Shown piece after piece: positions 59,754 to 64,000 of a stretch of DNA of 64,000 bases; position 1 is the first letter of the stretch; every line of letters starts with the position of its first letter. The notes beneath the pieces are model-generated. The model did no database searches and had not been told where the DNA came from. It saw nothing but the letters and a program-made list of their open reading frames with translations. The translations under genes were made by a program, and so were the position numbers. The stretch is from the NCBI GenBank assembly GCA_020848835.1, contig JADLHJ010000011.1, positions 10,862 through 74,861 on the forward strand, in the 5' to 3' direction. The stretch is from Candidatus Hydrogenedentota bacterium (lineage in GTDB: Bacteria > Hydrogenedentota > Hydrogenedentia > Hydrogenedentales > SLHB01).

Positions 59754-60320
59754 ATGAAACGATTGGGAATGGCAATAGCGCTGGTAGTAGCGATGACGCT
59801 TGGTACGGGATGTCCGTTGAACCAGGCGATTGTGAGTATTCCCGACCCGGTCCTTGAGGCGGCGATCCGCGCGGAGCTGGGAGCTCCCCTCGGTTTCCTG
59901 ACACGCGGAGATTTGTTACGCCTGCGGCAGTTGGACGCGCGGGGCAGCGAGAAGGCTGGGATAGCCAACCTGAGCGGCCTTGAGTTCGCCACGAACCTCA
60001 CATTCCTGGACATCAGCGGTAACCCGCTTTCGGATATTACGCCAGTCGCTAGCTTGGTGAATTTGCTTAGTTTGAATATCGATGGAACGTCGGTGTTCGA
60101 ATTGTCCCCCCTTGCGAACCTCACGTTGCTCGATTCATTGAGCGCGTGCGGGACATTAGTCACAGACATCCAGCCGCTCGTCACCAACTCGGTGAACGGT
60201 GGCCTTAACACCGGAGACTTTGTAAACCTTTCCTGTGGGGACTTGGGCGACCAAGCCAACGACTTCGATATTCCCTTCCTACAGAATGCCGGCGTAAACG
60301 TCGTCTGCTGCGATAGCTGA
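59754..60320 (+). CDS. leucine-rich-repeat lipoprotein
   Basis: MKRLGMAIALVVAMTLGTGC lipobox. LRR units (LSGLEFATNLTFLDISGNPLSDITPVASLVNLLSLNIDGT). Confidence 0.6.
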   Translation: MKRLGMAIALVVAMTLGTGCPLNQAIVSIPDPVLEAAIRAELGAPLGFLTRGDLLRLRQLDARGSEKAGIANLSGLEFATNLTFLDISGNPLSDITPVASLVNLLSLNIDGTSVFELSPLANLTLLDSLSACGTLVTDIQPLVTNSVNGGLNTGDFVNLSCGDLGDQANDFDIPFLQNAGVNVVCCDS

Positions 60321-60477
60321 TGCTGCGCACGACGCCATACGCAACGACCTGAGAATTGCCAGCCGCTGGCCTTCGCCCGCGGCTGTTTGTTAGACCACGG
60401 CGCGGTCCGGGCCTGGGGCATGCGCCATAGAAGCGGCCGCATGACCGCGCTGCTTCGTTTTCGGAGGTACGTCATCC

Positions 60478-62970
60478 ATGCATCGACTACTGGGTTGCGC
60501 GAAGGCGGTGGCTGTCGTGCTGGCATGCGCGGCGCTCGCGGGCTGTCCGTCGGGCGGCGGCGGAGGTTTGTCCGGTCTATCGGTGAATCCCGCGGCGGTA
60601 AACTTCGGCGCGAACGGCAATAATGAAAACATATCCGTCTTTAATACGGGCGCGGGCGTGATCGCGTGGACCTTGACGGAAAACGTGGCGTGGCTGAGCG
60701 CGAACATTTCGTCTGGGACAGTTTCGACCGAAATCGATCATGTAAAGTTGACGGTAGACCGGAGTGGCCTCGGGCCAGGCACCTATACGGGCAAAGTGGC
60801 GATCACCGGTGGGGGCACGACGAAGCAGATCAATGTGGCGATGACCGTCGCAGGTAGCCCTGATTTTGAAGTTGATCCGCTGACGTTGAACTTCCTGAAC
60901 AATCAGGAAGAAGACGAATTCACGATCACGAATACGGGGTTGGGCCCGCTGACCTGGAACGTGAAGCTGCAGGATCCCGATGACGATACGGAAACCATCC
61001 CCTTCCCCGACTATCTGACTGTGGAACCCGCGTCGGGGACGATTCAACCCGGCGACACCGAGACGATAGAGGTCACGATCGACCGCGAGTTGTTGGATGA
61101 CGGCATCTTCGGGCTTGTATTGCTCATTGATACGAACGCGGGCGACACGCAGGTTGCGATCAATATTACACAGGGCGCAAGCGCGTCGATTGGCGTCGAG
61201 CCTTCCACGCTGGATTTTGGCGAGACGGAAAACACGTTGACCTTTGACGTGTTCAACAATGGCGAGCCGGGCAGCGTGTTGAATTTCACGCTTTCGACGG
61301 ACCGCCCCGATCTGATTTTCTTCGATCCCGCGGATGGTACAAGTGTCGGCACGGACAACGTGCTGGATTACGACCGCGTGCCGATCACGGTAACCATCGA
61401 TCGCAATGCGCTGACAGGTTCGAGCGACGGCGGCACAATTACGGTATCAGGCCTTGGCATCGATCCGGTGGATGTGATCATCAACGTGCAGGCCGCGCCG
61501 CTTGGATTTGAAGGCGCGGAAAACCGCGCGCGCCCTCCGTTCATCATGCGCTTCGTATTTCTGATTCGCGACGCGCTGGGCAATGCGATCGATACGACGG
61601 ACGAAGACGTTTTCGAGGAATTAAGCACGGCGTTTTCAATACAGGAAGACGGGGTCGATCTCGACACGGATGAGACAAACCTGTTCGTAACGCCCGCGGA
61701 CAATCTGCGGTACAACGTTGCGCTGATGCTCGATTACACGGGCAGCATGTACAACGCGGCGCCGGGGAATGGCGCGATCATCGAGCAAATGGTTACGGCC
61801 ACGCTCGATTTTATTGACGACACGCCGGATTCGTGGCGGCTTGCGCTGATGGAGTATCACGATCGTCAGCAAACCGATCGCCTGATTCACAACTTCTCGA
61901 CATCGAAGGACTCGCTGAAAGCCGGCCTGCAAGAATTTCAAGTACCGATCGGCGAGAACGGCGCGTCCGAGGTTTACGATGCGGTCATCGATGGCTGTAA
62001 ACGAATAGAAAACGAAGACGCGGGCAGTTTGTCGTTCGATGACGCAGACGTGCGCGCGCTGATCTTTATTTCGGACGGGCGCGACACATCGAGTATCGCA
62101 TCGCTCGAAGAGTGCATCACGGCTGCGACGGATCGCCGTGTGCGGCTTTATCCGATTGGGTTTGGCCAGACGGTGAATGCCGCGCCGCTGATTCAGATGG
62201 CGACGGAGACGGGTGGGCATTACTACGCGGCGCCGACGGCCGCGGATCTGGTGAGCTTACTGCAAAACGAAGCTGGCGAACCCAGCAACGCGCCCGGCCG
62301 AATCGTGACGGAACTTAAACGCCAGATTGTGTTGACGTATATCTCGTTGTTCCAGGAGGGGTCGCACAATTATTTGATCAGCGCCGAGTACCAGGGCATC
62401 GAGGGATCGTTTGAACGCGATGGCGTGTTTGTCGGCGGCGACGTGCGCGCGGGACAGTTGTCGTTGCGCTCTGCTGGAATTCAGCCCGACGGCAGCGCGG
62501 ACGTATTTGTGCGCGCTGAGTACGTGCCGCGCAATGTGAGTCAGATCAAGGTCAAGTTGCTGAGCACTGAAGCTTTCACCCTCGCAATCGATCCCGATGG
62601 ATTGATCAGCGATTGGTTCCTTGTGAACAACGGCGGGGGCGTTTGGACGGCGTTAACGTCAGAGACGACTCCACTGAAGTACGGCGCGTTTGGAAACATG
62701 TTCAAGGTCAGCTATACGGGCCTGAACCAAAACGACATTGTGCCGCTGATCTTCCGCGTGGATAACCAGGTTTATGTGAACCCGCCGTTTACAAAGTTCT
62801 TCCAATATCCCGACGGGGTCTTAATTGAAGAGGGATCGACGCAGGCATCGGTCGTTCCGCTTTCGATAGAAGACGGTTTCGATCCCGATGCGGCTGACGC
62901 TTGGGACCGCGACGAGGACAGCGTGCCTGATTTTGACGATTTGTTCCCGGATGACGATACGCAGTCGTAG
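60478..62970 (+). CDS. lipoprotein with three BACON/Ig-like N-terminal repeats and a vWA domain
   Basis: Lipobox LAGCPSGGGGG. Repeats of the form LSVNPxxxNFG...WxxxExxxWLS...TVDRSGLxPGTY. vWA-like NVALMLDYTGSM ... IFISDGRDT. Confidence 0.65.
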   Translation: MHRLLGCAKAVAVVLACAALAGCPSGGGGGLSGLSVNPAAVNFGANGNNENISVFNTGAGVIAWTLTENVAWLSANISSGTVSTEIDHVKLTVDRSGLGPGTYTGKVAITGGGTTKQINVAMTVAGSPDFEVDPLTLNFLNNQEEDEFTITNTGLGPLTWNVKLQDPDDDTETIPFPDYLTVEPASGTIQPGDTETIEVTIDRELLDDGIFGLVLLIDTNAGDTQVAINITQGASASIGVEPSTLDFGETENTLTFDVFNNGEPGSVLNFTLSTDRPDLIFFDPADGTSVGTDNVLDYDRVPITVTIDRNALTGSSDGGTITVSGLGIDPVDVIINVQAAPLGFEGAENRARPPFIMRFVFLIRDALGNAIDTTDEDVFEELSTAFSIQEDGVDLDTDETNLFVTPADNLRYNVALMLDYTGSMYNAAPGNGAIIEQMVTATLDFIDDTPDSWRLALMEYHDRQQTDRLIHNFSTSKDSLKAGLQEFQVPIGENGASEVYDAVIDGCKRIENEDAGSLSFDDADVRALIFISDGRDTSSIASLEECITAATDRRVRLYPIGFGQTVNAAPLIQMATETGGHYYAAPTAADLVSLLQNEAGEPSNAPGRIVTELKRQIVLTYISLFQEGSHNYLISAEYQGIEGSFERDGVFVGGDVRAGQLSLRSAGIQPDGSADVFVRAEYVPRNVSQIKVKLLSTEAFTLAIDPDGLISDWFLVNNGGGVWTALTSETTPLKYGAFGNMFKVSYTGLNQNDIVPLIFRVDNQVYVNPPFTKFFQYPDGVLIEEGSTQASVVPLSIEDGFDPDAADAWDRDEDSVPDFDDLFPDDDTQS

Positions 62971-63090
62971 AAAATAAACCAATGAGCAAATAGCGAGACC
63001 AAATACTCGATACCGATTACGAGAAATTTTACGAGCACGAGCACGATGCGTTCGAGAAGAACGCGTTGCTTTGGATGAGGAGTTTTGCCC

Positions 63091-64000
63091 ATGACACGGC
63101 GCACACTTGTTACGCTGCAGATGACCGCGTTAATCGCGATGCTGGTCGCGGCGGGATGCCCCACCGGCGGTGGCGGCGCAGCCACACCGTCATTGTCGGT
63201 CATTCCAGCGGCGTTCAACTTCGGCGTGAACAAGGACGAAGACAGCTTCGCCGTTCAGAACGTTGGCTCGGGCGTGCTCGTGTGGAGCGTGAACGAATCG
63301 ATTGATTGGCTAAGCGTATCGCCGTCGAACGGTAGCACGCCGGTGGGCGGCCCCACTGTTGCGACCATTACGGTCGATCGCAGCGACCTCGATCCGGGGA
63401 CGTATACGGAAGAGTTTGGAATCGCGTCGAACGGCGGAACGCGGATGATTTCGGTGACGATAAAAGTCAGCGAAGACCCGCTGCCCCCCACGCTTTCGGT
63501 GAATCCCGACGATCTGAATTTTGGTACGACGGACACGCTGATCGAAGTGGACGTTGAAAATGACGGCGAAGGCACCGTTAATTGGGATTTGAGCGAAACG
63601 GAAGCGTGGCTGAACACGTCAGTCACTTCAGGTTCGTCTACTTCCGCGACACCAACGACCGTGGTGGTGACCGTCGATCGCACGGGCCTTTCACCGGGGT
63701 TGTATACGACAAATATTGAATTCACTTCCGATGGCGGCGACGTTACCGTGCCGGTGCGCATGCGCGTGCCGGGGCCAACGCCGGAACTGGCGGTGAATCC
63801 GAGTTCGCTGGATTTTGAAACGAACACGACGCAGTTGCAGTTCACGATTCGAAACGACGGCACAGGCACTTTGACTTGGAACATCAGCGAGTCGATGCCG
63901 TGGTTAGTGCTGGATGTAACCAGCGGTTCGACGACGAACGAGACGGAGACTATCACCGCTACGGTAGACCGGACAGGTCTCGGCGCAAATGACTACAGCG
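63091..64000 (+). CDS. paralogous BACON/Ig-like repeat lipoprotein (5' part; runs off window)
   Basis: ATG at 63091 gives MTRRTLVTLQMTALIAMLVAAGCPTGGGGA, followed by at least four of the same repeats. There is no stop before the window end, so the ORF is absent from the track. Confidence 0.6.
   Translation, partial: MTRRTLVTLQMTALIAMLVAAGCPTGGGGAATPSLSVIPAAFNFGVNKDEDSFAVQNVGSGVLVWSVNESIDWLSVSPSNGSTPVGGPTVATITVDRSDLDPGTYTEEFGIASNGGTRMISVTIKVSEDPLPPTLSVNPDDLNFGTTDTLIEVDVENDGEGTVNWDLSETEAWLNTSVTSGSSTSATPTTVVVTVDRTGLSPGLYTTNIEFTSDGGDVTVPVRMRVPGPTPELAVNPSSLDFETNTTQLQFTIRNDGTGTLTWNISESMPWLVLDVTSGSTTNETETITATVDRTGLGANDYS

Noticed and set aside
1-64000. CRISPR arrays, rRNA/tRNA genes, transposases/integrases
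   Set aside because: No regular short direct repeats with spacers. No tRNA T-loop/acceptor signatures found in the intergenic regions I scanned. No ORF with transposase, integrase or recombinase motifs.

Overview
High-GC window that reads as Planctomycetota-type chromosome. The evidence is a DUF1549/DUF1553 (PSCyt/PSD) giant protein next to its DUF1501 partner, DUF1559-like proteins, several PEP-CTERM proteins, DUF1080 and LTD secreted proteins. About 45 protein genes are supported. Housekeeping genes I recognise: aqpZ, fabI, lgt, proS, an Fe/Mn superoxide dismutase, an Lhr-type helicase, a HemY-type oxidase, a class I mannose-6-phosphate isomerase, SDRs, two tandem amidohydrolase-2 paralogs and an APC permease. 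I found no rRNA, tRNA, CRISPR or mobile-element gene. The best candidate for an undescribed system is a tightly coupled minus-strand operon at 23334..27915. It encodes a PadR regulator, then a 910-aa membrane protein with an N-terminal HAAS/DUF1700-like domain, about six TM helices, VIT-like and vWA domains and a PEP-CTERM-like tail, then an exosortase fused to an EpsI-like domain. The module looks like a PadR/HAAS signalling pair in which the HAAS partner is itself the substrate of a dedicated exosortase. Four further PEP-CTERM genes occur elsewhere in the window; two of them have clean sigma-54 -24/-12 promoters, and a sigma-54 enhancer-binding protein with an XylR-N/V4R-like sensor lies at 41840..43528. 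Other points of interest are these. An ECF sigma sits beside a zinc-less anti-sigma fused to a DUF1559-like ectodomain. A 1172-aa ECF sigma is fused to a TM helix and a large extracytoplasmic repeat region. A 1793-aa PSCyt1x4-LRR-PSCyt2-PSD1 protein carries four tandem 7-Cys repeats. Two families of short dispersed hairpin repeats occur. A 1.2-kb region with G5 tracts and T10/A7 runs has no credible ORF.
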